NCBI GenBank assembly: GCA_963735595.1
Contig: CAVTLK010000002.1
Coordinates: 608,001-672,000 of the forward strand
DNA: 64,000 bases
From: an uncultured delta proteobacterium
GTDB lineage: Bacteria > Desulfobacterota > Zymogenia > Zymogenales > Zymogenaceae
Direction: 5' to 3'
The position numbers were made by a program, and so were the translations under genes. Positions 9,323 to 18,086 of the stretch are shown in pieces; position 1 is the first letter of the stretch, and every line of letters begins with the position of its first letter. The notes beneath the pieces are model-generated. The model searched no databases and was not told the DNA's origin. It saw only the letters and a list, made by a program, of their open reading frames with translations.

Positions 9323-10633
9323 ATGGACGCACTGCTGCTGGCGCGTATTCAATTCGCACTGACGGTCGGTTTCCACTTTCTCTTTCCGGCGATGACGCTG
9401 GGTACCGCCCTTATTATTCTCATATCCGAATCGATCTACCTGATCAATGGCGATGAAACATTTCGGAGAATAACCGATTTCATGGCGCGGCTGTTGGGGG
9501 CGATCTTCGTGGTCGGCGCGGCCACGGGCATCGTCATGGAGTTTTCCTTCGGGACCAACTGGTCGGAGTACTCGAGAATGGTGGGAGACGTCTTCGGGCC
9601 GCTCCTTGCCGCCGAGGGGGTCATCGCCTTCTTCCTCGAATCGGTCTTCATCGGCGTGCTGTTGTTCGGGCGCGGCAGGGTATCGAAGGGGGTCTACTGG
9701 ACCAGCGCCTTTCTCGTCTTCCTCGGCGGCCACCTATCGGCCTTCTGGATTGTCGTGGCCAATTCCTGGATGCAGACGCCGGCGGGTTTCATGATAACGC
9801 CGGAAGGCACGCTCTATTTGACGAGCTTTACCGAGGCGGTCTTTAACGCCTCGACACTGCCGCGTTTTCTGCACACGGTCCTTGCCTCCTGGATAACGTG
9901 CGGTGTCATGGGCGCCGGCATCGCGGCCTATTGGCTGCTCACAAAGCGGCACCTCGAGACGGCAAAGAAGCTCATGAAGATCTCGATGATCCTGTTTCTC
10001 ATTACCCCGGTTCTTCAGCTCGGCACGGGGCACCTGCACGCGAAGCAGGTGATAGACACGCAGCCGTCGAAGGCCGCCTCCCTGGAAGGGCATTTTGACT
10101 CCAGTATGGCCGGTGTACCGCTGTACATAGTGGGATGGGTCGACGAACAAAACGACAAGACCTACGGCATCGGCATCCCCGGTTTCCTGAGCTTCCTGAA
10201 CAACTGGAGCTTTACCTCGAAGATAACGGGACTCAACGACATCCCGCGCGACGAGCGGCCGCCCGTCAATTTCGTCTTCCAGACGTACCATATCATGGTG
10301 GGCATCGGGATGCTGCTTATCGGCCTGGGGCTCGTGGGAGGCATCCTGCTGGCGACGGGGAGGCTCTACACGGCGCGGTGGTATTTGATGATATTGCCGT
10401 TTCTGATCCCGCTGCCCCACATCGCCCACGAGACCGGGTGGATGAGCGCCGAGCTGGGCAGGCAGCCATGGGCGGTATATCACGTGCTGAGGACCGCCGA
10501 CGCGGCGTCGGTTGTGGTGCCGGCGGGCAGTATCGTCTTTTCGCTGATCATGTTCTCGCTCATATACACGCTTCTGTTTACCGTCTTCGTATCCATCATC
10601 GTCCGCCTCGTCAGGACCGGACCGGGCAAATGA
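9323..10633 (+). CDS. cydA: Cytochrome bd ubiquinol oxidase subunit I
   Basis: ARIQFALTVGFHFLF, FGTNW, EGVIAFFLES, ANSWMQTP, QPSKAASLEG and ELGRQPW; GGAGG RBS. Confidence 0.95.
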   Translation: MDALLLARIQFALTVGFHFLFPAMTLGTALIILISESIYLINGDETFRRITDFMARLLGAIFVVGAATGIVMEFSFGTNWSEYSRMVGDVFGPLLAAEGVIAFFLESVFIGVLLFGRGRVSKGVYWTSAFLVFLGGHLSAFWIVVANSWMQTPAGFMITPEGTLYLTSFTEAVFNASTLPRFLHTVLASWITCGVMGAGIAAYWLLTKRHLETAKKLMKISMILFLITPVLQLGTGHLHAKQVIDTQPSKAASLEGHFDSSMAGVPLYIVGWVDEQNDKTYGIGIPGFLSFLNNWSFTSKITGLNDIPRDERPPVNFVFQTYHIMVGIGMLLIGLGLVGGILLATGRLYTARWYLMILPFLIPLPHIAHETGWMSAELGRQPWAVYHVLRTADAASVVVPAGSIVFSLIMFSLIYTLLFTVFVSIIVRLVRTGPGK

Positions 10634-10648
10634 TAGGGAGGCAACGGC

Positions 10649-11659
10649 ATGAATAACGTGGAAACGTTCCAGGGATTGTGGTTCGTCCTTATTACGATCC
10701 TGTTTGCCGGGTATTCGATCCTCGACGGGTTCGACCTGGGGATCGGATCGCTGCTCGGCGTCCTCGGCAAAACCAAAGAGGAAAAGGATACGCTCATAAA
10801 TTCCATCGGGCCGGTGTGGGACGGCAACGAGGTGTGGCTCGTCACGGGCGGCGGCGCGCTCTTTGCGGCCTTCCCGTTGGCCTACGCCACCGCGTTTTCG
10901 GGTTTTTACCTGGCCTTCATGCTCCTGCTCGTCTGCCTGATCTTCCGGGCGGTCTCCTTCGATTTTCGCGCGCACAGCCAAAAGCGCGCCCGCCTGTGGG
11001 AATGGGCGCTTTCGGGCGGGAGCGTCACTGCCTCGCTCTTGTTCGGTGTTGCCCTCGGAAACGTGGTTTACGGGGTTCCGCTGGACGCACGCATGGAATA
11101 CGCCGGGACGTTCCTGACCCTGCTCAGGCCCGTCCCCCTCATGTTCGGCCTCATGGGGGTGTCGGCTTTCCTCATGCAGGGTGCGACCTGGGCGATCGTC
11201 AAAACGGAAGGAAAGCTCCAGGAGCGGGCGTACCGGACGGCTTCGATACTGGCGGTCATTGAATTGATCGTCTTCCTGGTCTTTTTTGCCGTTTTTGCCC
11301 TGGCGGTTCCTGGAAGCATTACCAATCCCGTATATATCGGGGGCGCCGTCCTGGCGCTCTTAGGGATCAAGGGGATAGGCTCCTCGGTCAAGAAGCGAAA
11401 CGAACGCGCACCCTTCTGGGAATCGTCCGCGGCGCTCATCGGCCTCTGGGTCATGGTGGCGGCGACCCACTATCCCAACCTCATCACGTCCTCCGGCGAC
11501 CCGGCGCTCTCGATAACGATCAGAAACGCATCGACGTCGCTGCTCACGCTCAAGATCATGTCGGTCATCGCGCTGGCGGGGATGCCGGTGGTCATCGCGT
11601 ACCAGATTTTCGTCTACCGGGTCTTCAAAGGTAAGGTGGGCACAAAGGCCGGATATTGA
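10649..11659 (+). CDS. cydB: Cytochrome bd ubiquinol oxidase subunit II
   Basis: LDGFDLG and PVWDGNEVWL...FAAFP motifs; directly follows cydA. Confidence 0.95.
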   Translation: MNNVETFQGLWFVLITILFAGYSILDGFDLGIGSLLGVLGKTKEEKDTLINSIGPVWDGNEVWLVTGGGALFAAFPLAYATAFSGFYLAFMLLLVCLIFRAVSFDFRAHSQKRARLWEWALSGGSVTASLLFGVALGNVVYGVPLDARMEYAGTFLTLLRPVPLMFGLMGVSAFLMQGATWAIVKTEGKLQERAYRTASILAVIELIVFLVFFAVFALAVPGSITNPVYIGGAVLALLGIKGIGSSVKKRNERAPFWESSAALIGLWVMVAATHYPNLITSSGDPALSITIRNASTSLLTLKIMSVIALAGMPVVIAYQIFVYRVFKGKVGTKAGY

Positions 11660-11682
11660 GGGCCGATAGGATAGACGCATTA

Positions 11683-11815
11683 ACCACAAAGGCACGAAGA
11701 CACGAAGGGTAAGGGAAAAACAAGGCTTTGTGCCTTTGTGTCTTTGTGGTGGGAAAAGGAGCTCGTCGGAAGGGAGGGCGGCTTTCGAGCCCTCGCGATG
11801 ACAATCCTTTGGAAA
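11683..11815. repeat. Repeat mosaic: family D hairpin (ACCACAAAGGCACGAAGACACGAAG...) plus a partial family A unit
   Basis: Imperfect inverted repeat at 11683-11750, similar to 48891-48990; 11792-11815 matches the reverse complement of 40637-40660. Confidence 0.8.
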
Positions 11816-11838
11816 CTTCGCTTTGTCGATACACTGAC

Positions 11839-11869
11839 AGGCCTGCCCGAGAATCTGTGGGCAGGCCCG
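11839..11869. terminator. Hairpin between convergent cydB and the LysA-like gene
   Basis: GGCCTGCCC-N-GGGCAGGCC stem. Confidence 0.5.
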
Positions 11870-11880
11870 TTTCATTACGA

Positions 11881-13410
11881 TCAGGCGGTCTTTGCGCGTT
11901 TCTGATTATTCAACAGCCGCTTCGGGACGATATCCCGGGCGAACACATCCTCCTGCGTCTCGGCCCGCTTGATCACCTCGGCCTGATCCCCGTTAACGAG
12001 GACGGTGGCCGGCCGCGGCAGGCCGTTAAAATTGCTGGCGGAGACCTCCTGGTAAGCGCCCGTGTCCAGTATCGCAAAGATGTCCCCGGCCTGGACTTTT
12101 GGCACGCGCACCTCCGGCAGCATCCGGTCGGCGAAACACGACCGGCCGACGACGTCGGCCGCTATGACCTTCTTCTCGTCGGCCTTGTTGGCAATGACGT
12201 AGTCATGGAGGTTGAGTTCGAAAACACCGCCCGCCATGAAGAAGTAGGTCGTATCCAGCAGGACCCAGTTATACTTCACCGGTTTCGTCTGGTATTTCGT
12301 CTTGATGATCGTGGACAGGTGGACTCCGGTATCGCCGTAAAGGCTGCGGCCCGGCTCGATCTGGAACGTGATCCCCTTCGGGTTTATCCCGTAGCGGATC
12401 AGCGATTTTCTGAGCGTGCCCGTGATCGCCTCGGCATACTCCTCGATCTCGGGCGCACGGCCCTTATTGGGGGTCTTGCTCAAGAGCAGGCTCATGCCCG
12501 CCGAGAGGATCTTATAGCGGATGGTGTTGCCCAGCAGCTTCAAGAGCAACATAACGACAAATAATACCGCGAAGGCCGGCACGTCAAGCCGGTTTACCAT
12601 CCGCGCGAAGGGGTCCCGCGGCGTGGGGATGCCGCCGCCGATGTCTATCTCCCTGGGCTCGTAGCCGCCCCATTCCTTCTTGAGCAGGCCAATGAGTTTG
12701 GCGTAGCGCTTCATCGTCCCCTTCCAAAAACCGAGGCTGCCGTGGTGCCGGCCGAGGTGGATGTGAAACCCCATCAGCTCGATGTTCTTCATTTTCAAGG
12801 CCCGTTTCCCCATCTCGATGACGTGCTCGGTCGGGATGCCGTTCTTGTATACCTGGAATCCGATATCGATGGGGGCAAGCTCCAGGGCAAATGCGGTGGG
12901 CTTCCAGAGGTTCGGCAGGTCCGGCCTGATCCGAAAGCGGATTTGCGCCTTCTTGTTGAGTCGATTTGCGACCTTTTCGATCAGGTCCAGCTCGTCAATA
13001 TCATCCAAAGTGATGCGAACGCCGGCGTTGATGCAGTTTGCGATGTGTGACTCGCTCTTGCCGCCGCCGTTGACGGATACCATCTCCGGGTCCGCGCCCG
13101 ACTGGAGTACCGCGTAGAGCTCACCGGCGGAATAGACGTCGCAGCCGGCCCCTTCTTCCGAGAGGATTCGGCGCAGCGCCAGTATCCAGTTCGCCTTGAT
13201 GGCGGGGAGGATCTGGACCTTACCCTCCGGCCAGCGGTCTTCGAACGCCTTTTTGTATCTCCGTATATTGCGCCGCAGGTGGTTTTCGGAGATGACGTAC
13301 AGCGGCGAACCGAACCGCTTTACCAGGTCTACAGTGTCGCACTCCTCGACAAAGAGCCGGCCGTTGCGGATGGACAGGCACTCGTCGAGGTCCCGTCTTT
13401 TTTCTGCCAT
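11881..13410 (-). CDS. Fold-type III PLP-dependent decarboxylase, diaminopimelate decarboxylase (LysA)-like but divergent
   Basis: FGSPLYV, AIKAN (PLP Lys), DIGGG, IEPGRS and DTGAY motifs; atypical HIHLGRH and GRSCFAD. Confidence 0.8.
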   Translation of the reverse strand: MAEKRRDLDECLSIRNGRLFVEECDTVDLVKRFGSPLYVISENHLRRNIRRYKKAFEDRWPEGKVQILPAIKANWILALRRILSEEGAGCDVYSAGELYAVLQSGADPEMVSVNGGGKSESHIANCINAGVRITLDDIDELDLIEKVANRLNKKAQIRFRIRPDLPNLWKPTAFALELAPIDIGFQVYKNGIPTEHVIEMGKRALKMKNIELMGFHIHLGRHHGSLGFWKGTMKRYAKLIGLLKKEWGGYEPREIDIGGGIPTPRDPFARMVNRLDVPAFAVLFVVMLLLKLLGNTIRYKILSAGMSLLLSKTPNKGRAPEIEEYAEAITGTLRKSLIRYGINPKGITFQIEPGRSLYGDTGVHLSTIIKTKYQTKPVKYNWVLLDTTYFFMAGGVFELNLHDYVIANKADEKKVIAADVVGRSCFADRMLPEVRVPKVQAGDIFAILDTGAYQEVSASNFNGLPRPATVLVNGDQAEVIKRAETQEDVFARDIVPKRLLNNQKRAKTA

Positions 13411-13471
13411 CGCTGTTCTCCTTTAGTGAATCGTTGATAAATAATAGTACCTGTGAGAGAGATAAAGGGCA

Positions 13472-15190
13472 TCACGCCCGGAGGACCCGCCCCGGGCGGA
13501 GCTTCTCCTGTAATTTCGCCCCGTCGACGACTGGCACCCCGTTTATGAAAACGTGGGCGATCCCGGCGGCGGGGGCGGGACGGCCGTCGTTGTCGAAAAC
13601 CTCGTCCACGGTCTTCGGGTCAAAGACGACGATATCGGCAAAGGCGCCCTTCCTGAGCACGCCCCTGCCCGTGAGGCCGTAGGTCTCGGCGGGAAGCGAG
13701 GTTATCTTCCTGATTGCCTCTTCGAGAGTGAAGAGCTTCAGTTTACGGCAATAGTGGCCGAGCACCCGTGGAAAACACCCGTAGGCCGACGGGGGCGGCG
13801 TCCCGACAACCGGCAGGATGGAATCTGCCCCGATGCTCATGCGCGGGTGGACGAGCATCGTATTGAACATCTTTTCCACCCAGGGCCGCGCCGGGAAACC
13901 GAACACGAAGGAGGCCTCGCCGTCTTCCTCGAGGGTGAGACGGCAGAGCGCGGAAAACGGGTCGGTCTTCCAGCGGTCGGCGATCTCGATGAAGGTCCTT
14001 CCCTCCGCCCACCGGTTCTTATCCCCCTTGACGGACAGCACCCTGATCGGCCGGTAGCCGATGGCCCGGATGTAGGGGTCGGACCACGACCCCTCTTCCC
14101 AGTGGGGCCATCTGGGGACGATCGTTTTGATGTCGCGCTCGATGTGCGCCCTCGTATCCGGGTCCTTGAGGCGCTCCAGCAGCCGGGCGCGTCCGCCCCG
14201 GTTTGCCCACGGCGGGAAGAGGACCGTGACCGTGGTGTTGCCGAGGGTGTAGGGGAGGGCGTCCATCCCGATATCCAGGCCCTCGTCGACCGCTTGATCG
14301 ATGACGGCAATGCCCTTGCCGAGGACGGGGTTGGGAAACCCCGGCATGGGGATGACGGAATTGACCGCCTCGAACAGGGAAACCATCGGCGGGATAAACG
14401 GGGCCGCACTCCCGAAGAAGGGGACGGCGTGCAGGTGCGATATCTGCACCCTGACCTTTGCCTCGCGCGCTATCGTGACGGCCTCGGCCATCGAATTGGG
14501 CAGCGTCGTGCAGTAACCCCTCAGGTGCGAGGCGTAGGGCCTTTTGAACTCGGCCGCGACGCGGGCCAGCGCGACCAGCTCGTCGGTATGGGCATACATG
14601 CCGGGGTAGTACATCAACCCGGTGGAAAAGCCGACGCATCCCGCCTCGAGGCTTTCCTTAAGCATCCTCTTCATCTCTTCGAGCTCTTTCTGCGTCGAGA
14701 AGCGGTTATCGTCGCCCATGACCGACAGGCGTATCGCCCCGTGGCCGACCATCTGGGCGACGTTGAGGAGGAGCCCTCCCTTTTCGATGTGGGACAGGTA
14801 TTCGGCCATGCTGTCCCAGTAAAGCCGCTCCATGGGAACGCCCATGCTCCTGATGAGCTCCAGGACCATGTCCTTGTGCTTCGGCGGGCTGGGCGCGAGC
14901 GTCCAGCCGCAATTGCCGACGACCGAGCTGGTTACCCCCTGGGCGGCAAATGAGCCGAATCGCTTGACCGGGTCCTGGTCGACGATGTAGAGGTCGTGGT
15001 GGGAATGGATGTCGATAAAACCGGGGGATACGACCATCCCCTCGGCCTCGATCGTCCGTTTGGCCTGCGCCCCGTCGAGCTTTCCAACCTCGGCGATCCG
15101 GTCCCCCGAGACTGCAACGTCGGCGGAAAAGGCCTTTTTCCCCGTCCCGTCAACGACGGATGCCCCGGTGATGATGAGATCGTACGTCAT
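13472..15190 (-). CDS. N-acyl-D-amino-acid deacylase (D-aminoacylase) family amidohydrolase
   Basis: PGFIDIHSH, GNCG, FSTGLMYYPG, SHLR, ISHL, YGCFPRVLG and ADIVVFDP. Confidence 0.9.
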   Translation of the reverse strand: MTYDLIITGASVVDGTGKKAFSADVAVSGDRIAEVGKLDGAQAKRTIEAEGMVVSPGFIDIHSHHDLYIVDQDPVKRFGSFAAQGVTSSVVGNCGWTLAPSPPKHKDMVLELIRSMGVPMERLYWDSMAEYLSHIEKGGLLLNVAQMVGHGAIRLSVMGDDNRFSTQKELEEMKRMLKESLEAGCVGFSTGLMYYPGMYAHTDELVALARVAAEFKRPYASHLRGYCTTLPNSMAEAVTIAREAKVRVQISHLHAVPFFGSAAPFIPPMVSLFEAVNSVIPMPGFPNPVLGKGIAVIDQAVDEGLDIGMDALPYTLGNTTVTVLFPPWANRGGRARLLERLKDPDTRAHIERDIKTIVPRWPHWEEGSWSDPYIRAIGYRPIRVLSVKGDKNRWAEGRTFIEIADRWKTDPFSALCRLTLEEDGEASFVFGFPARPWVEKMFNTMLVHPRMSIGADSILPVVGTPPPSAYGCFPRVLGHYCRKLKLFTLEEAIRKITSLPAETYGLTGRGVLRKGAFADIVVFDPKTVDEVFDNDGRPAPAAGIAHVFINGVPVVDGAKLQEKLRPGRVLRA

Positions 15191-15287
15191 ACGTGCCTCC
15201 GAAATCCTCGTAGTATGCTCAAGAATACAGGACTTTGGCCACCGATGCCTCTTGTGCGGCCGTCCTTATCCCGGACCCCTTTGCGCC

Positions 15288-15824
15288 TCATGCCGGCCGG
15301 AAGGCCCCCTTCAGCCACCGCTCTAACCGGGCCGCCAGGGCGTGCATGCTGTAGACCGCCCCGACGATAACCACGAGCGCCGCCACGGACCACACGAGCG
15401 TCGGGCCGGCCGGCAACGGGTGCCGCCCGTTGACGACGATCAGCGCCCAGACGCAGTAGGGCGCTGTGACGAGGCTCGTGATAACAACGGGGACGTAGCG
15501 CCTCACCACCAGAAACTGGGTGACGTGGATGACCAGGTGGATGAAATAGCCGATCACGGCCCCCGCCCAGAGGGCGTAGAGGTCCCGCTCCACGGAAATC
15601 AGGGTAACGGCAGACACGATCACAAACATCCCGGCCACGGCCAGGGCAAAGGACGACGTCGAGAGGCCCTCCATGTGGGGCAGCATCCGCGCCGCCAGGC
15701 GCGGGAAACGCTCCTTCATAAACCCGGCGTTTTTCGTTACCCACGGCTTGAACATGATGACCTCTTCGAAGTCGTGGATCATAAATATGATCGGAAAGAG
15801 CCACATGATCGTCTCGGTCTTCAT
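15288..15824 (-). CDS. HXXEE domain membrane protein
   Basis: FMIHDFEE motif and a later HLVIH; hydrophobic. Confidence 0.85.
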   Translation of the reverse strand: MKTETIMWLFPIIFMIHDFEEVIMFKPWVTKNAGFMKERFPRLAARMLPHMEGLSTSSFALAVAGMFVIVSAVTLISVERDLYALWAGAVIGYFIHLVIHVTQFLVVRRYVPVVITSLVTAPYCVWALIVVNGRHPLPAGPTLVWSVAALVVIVGAVYSMHALAARLERWLKGAFRPA

Positions 15825-15981
15825 ACTTTGCGTCCTCCCGTGCGCGCGGGGCGGCACGCCAAAGGGGTGGCGGCGGGGCATATATGTGTGATACTATACA
15901 TAACGGGGGCTGATTTGTCATCATAGAATCCGTATTCGTGAAAGAGATTTGCGGCCGACCGGGTCGGGGGAGGAACACGTC

Positions 15982-16741
15982 ATGCTACATAGATCTGTGA
16001 TAACAGGCGCAATGGGCCTGCTGGTTGGATTGATCGTCTCGGCCTGCGGGCCCGCGCTTGCCGCCGACAACGCCGTCATCACGGGGGACTCCGTGCGGGT
16101 GCGGACCCAGCCGTCGGTCTGGGAGGATATCAGGGGGACGCTCAACAAGGGGGCGCGGGTCGAGGTGATTTCACGGACCGATTTTACCGATACCATCGAC
16201 GGTTACGCCGCGCCCTGGTACGGGATCGACTACGGGCAGTACGGCGGTTTTGTCTTCGGGCGCTACGTGAAGCTCGACCCGGGCGCGACGGTGCTGCCGC
16301 TTCCGACGAACGATATCTACGGGGACCGGGTCAGCCGCTTCATCGCGCGCGGCCTCTACAAGTTCGGAAAGGGGACGCCGGACGTCATAGCAACCCTCGG
16401 GCAGCCGATATCGACGCGTCCACGAGAAGGCCGGCGGGCTGATCGTCGGGGTGGAGACCCTTACCTACACCGGGCTGGTGATCGGTGCCCGGGAGATCGA
16501 GGGCGGAAAGACATTCGTCTACTCGGTTGAGTGTAAGAACCCCATATACGACTTTAACGGGGTTAAAGTGGGGAGCACCTTTTGGGACATGCAGCGCGTC
16601 CTCGGCCCGCCGGTGCAGCCCTACGCGCCCGGGGACGAGACGATCAGTTACTACAACGTCACCGGGCTTGACTGGGTGACGTTCACAATGCGGGGTGAGA
16701 CGATCACGGGGATCGCATTCTACTCCGCCATGGCGGATTAG
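15982..16741 (+). CDS. Secreted SH3b-like domain protein (apparent frameshift near 16440)
   Basis: Signal peptide, then ITGDSVRVRTQPS...LNKGARVEVISRT...WY...GFVFGRYV; continues in ORF 16451-16741. Confidence 0.65.
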
Positions 16742-16811
16742 GGAGAGGCGGCAGGGACGTCCAAACCCTATTAGAAAGAAGTTATATTGTCGACGTCATT
16801 GCAGGGCCCTC

Positions 16812-17139
16812 CGACACTTCGGCTGTCATTGCGAGGGGCCGAAGGCCCCGTGGCAATCCCCTGACTGTCACCGGGGAAGCGGGCGGGGTGGCACGGGCGA
16901 GCCGACAGGTTGCCCGTATTAGATTGCCGTTTCACATGTCTAAGTTCTACGGTATTCTTCGAGGAGATCGCCACGGGGCCTTTGGCCCCTCGCGACTTCG
17001 GCTTCGCATAGCCGGTGCCACCCGTCACCCCTTCCGTCATTGCGAGGCCCGAAGGGCCGTGGCAATCCCCTGACTGTCACCGTATAACAGGGGATTGCTT
17101 CGTCGGCTACGCCTCCTCGCAATGACAGCCGAAGTGTCG
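16812..17139. repeat. 328-bp composite palindromic element with perfect 25-bp terminal inverted repeats and four family A units
   Basis: CGACACTTCGGCTGTCATTGCGAGG (16812-16836) and its exact reverse complement (17115-17139); internal units at 16825(+), 16963(-), 17036(+) and 17090(-). Confidence 0.85.
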
Positions 17140-17181
17140 TGGATGGAAAACGGGCATGACATGTCGTGCCACTCCTTAACT

Positions 17182-18003
17182 TCATAGTCCCCGTATCGTC
17201 TCATCGATGAAGTCCACAAAGATCGGCCCGATAGTCCGGTTGGCCAGCTCGTTCGGGTGCCCGTCGTTCTCGTCGACCCGGTAATCGGGGCGCAGGAAAT
17301 TATCGGCCCCGGCAAGGTTATCGAAGAAGTCGAACACGAAGACGTTGGGGTGACCGGCGAGGAACTCATCGGATTTCAGCCAGTCGGCCAGCGCCCTGGC
17401 CCGAACCCCTTCCCCGGGATCGCTGCTGTTGGGCACCTGGGGGGGCTGGGTCACGATGATGAAGGGCTTGTCGGGATACTGGTCCATGCGGTTTCTCATG
17501 GTGAGATAATAGGACTTGAATTCGTTGAGCTGGTCGTCGCTGCCGATGTTGCTGGTCGGATAGCAGGACTTGACCATGATAACGTCATACTGCATGAGAT
17601 AGGAAAACGTGTTGTCCGGCGTGTCATGGAGCGGCTGGCTGAAGACGGCGGCCAGCCCGTTCGGGTCGGTGTTGTCGTCGGGAACCGCGAAGTTGGCGCC
17701 GGCAGAAGACCCGTCCGGGAGGCGCAGCCCCTCATCGTTATACCCGTGGTCGTAGAACTGATACCCGCGGGCGGTCAGTCCGTCCCTGACTCCTCCCTGG
17801 TCGATGAGGTTAGAGCCGCAGGAATGGTGCAGAAATATGATCCGCTTGCCCTGGTGAATCCGCCGGAGCGGGAGCCTGGGGCGGGGCGCCGGCGTACAGG
17901 TCGCCCGGTTCGGGGGCCGTGGACTCCGACCTGCTGCACGATACGATGCTGATAAGCATCGCCGCGATAATACGAGCGCCATTACATAACGATACGGTTT
18001 CAT
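17182..18003 (-). CDS. Secreted hypothetical protein, SGNH/flavodoxin-like fold (N-terminus probably frameshifted)
   Basis: IIFLHHSCG, IMVKSCYP, FDFFDNLA and DGHPN motifs; ATG at 18003 with GGAGGA RBS. Confidence 0.55.
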   Translation of the reverse strand: MKPYRYVMALVLSRRCLSASYRAAGRSPRPPNRATCTPAPRPRLPLRRIHQGKRIIFLHHSCGSNLIDQGGVRDGLTARGYQFYDHGYNDEGLRLPDGSSAGANFAVPDDNTDPNGLAAVFSQPLHDTPDNTFSYLMQYDVIMVKSCYPTSNIGSDDQLNEFKSYYLTMRNRMDQYPDKPFIIVTQPPQVPNSSDPGEGVRARALADWLKSDEFLAGHPNVFVFDFFDNLAGADNFLRPDYRVDENDGHPNELANRTIGPIFVDFIDETIRGL

Positions 18004-18086
18004 GGCTTCCTCCTTCCCGTTACGTCTCATTCGCAACGGCATTTCTCTCGAGAAGGAAAAAAAGGGGGGGCGTTTCGTTTGATCTC

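Noticed and set aside
16812..17170. Repeat clusters as a CRISPR array
   Set aside because: Units alternate in orientation, vary internally and lack regular unique spacers; no cas genes are present.
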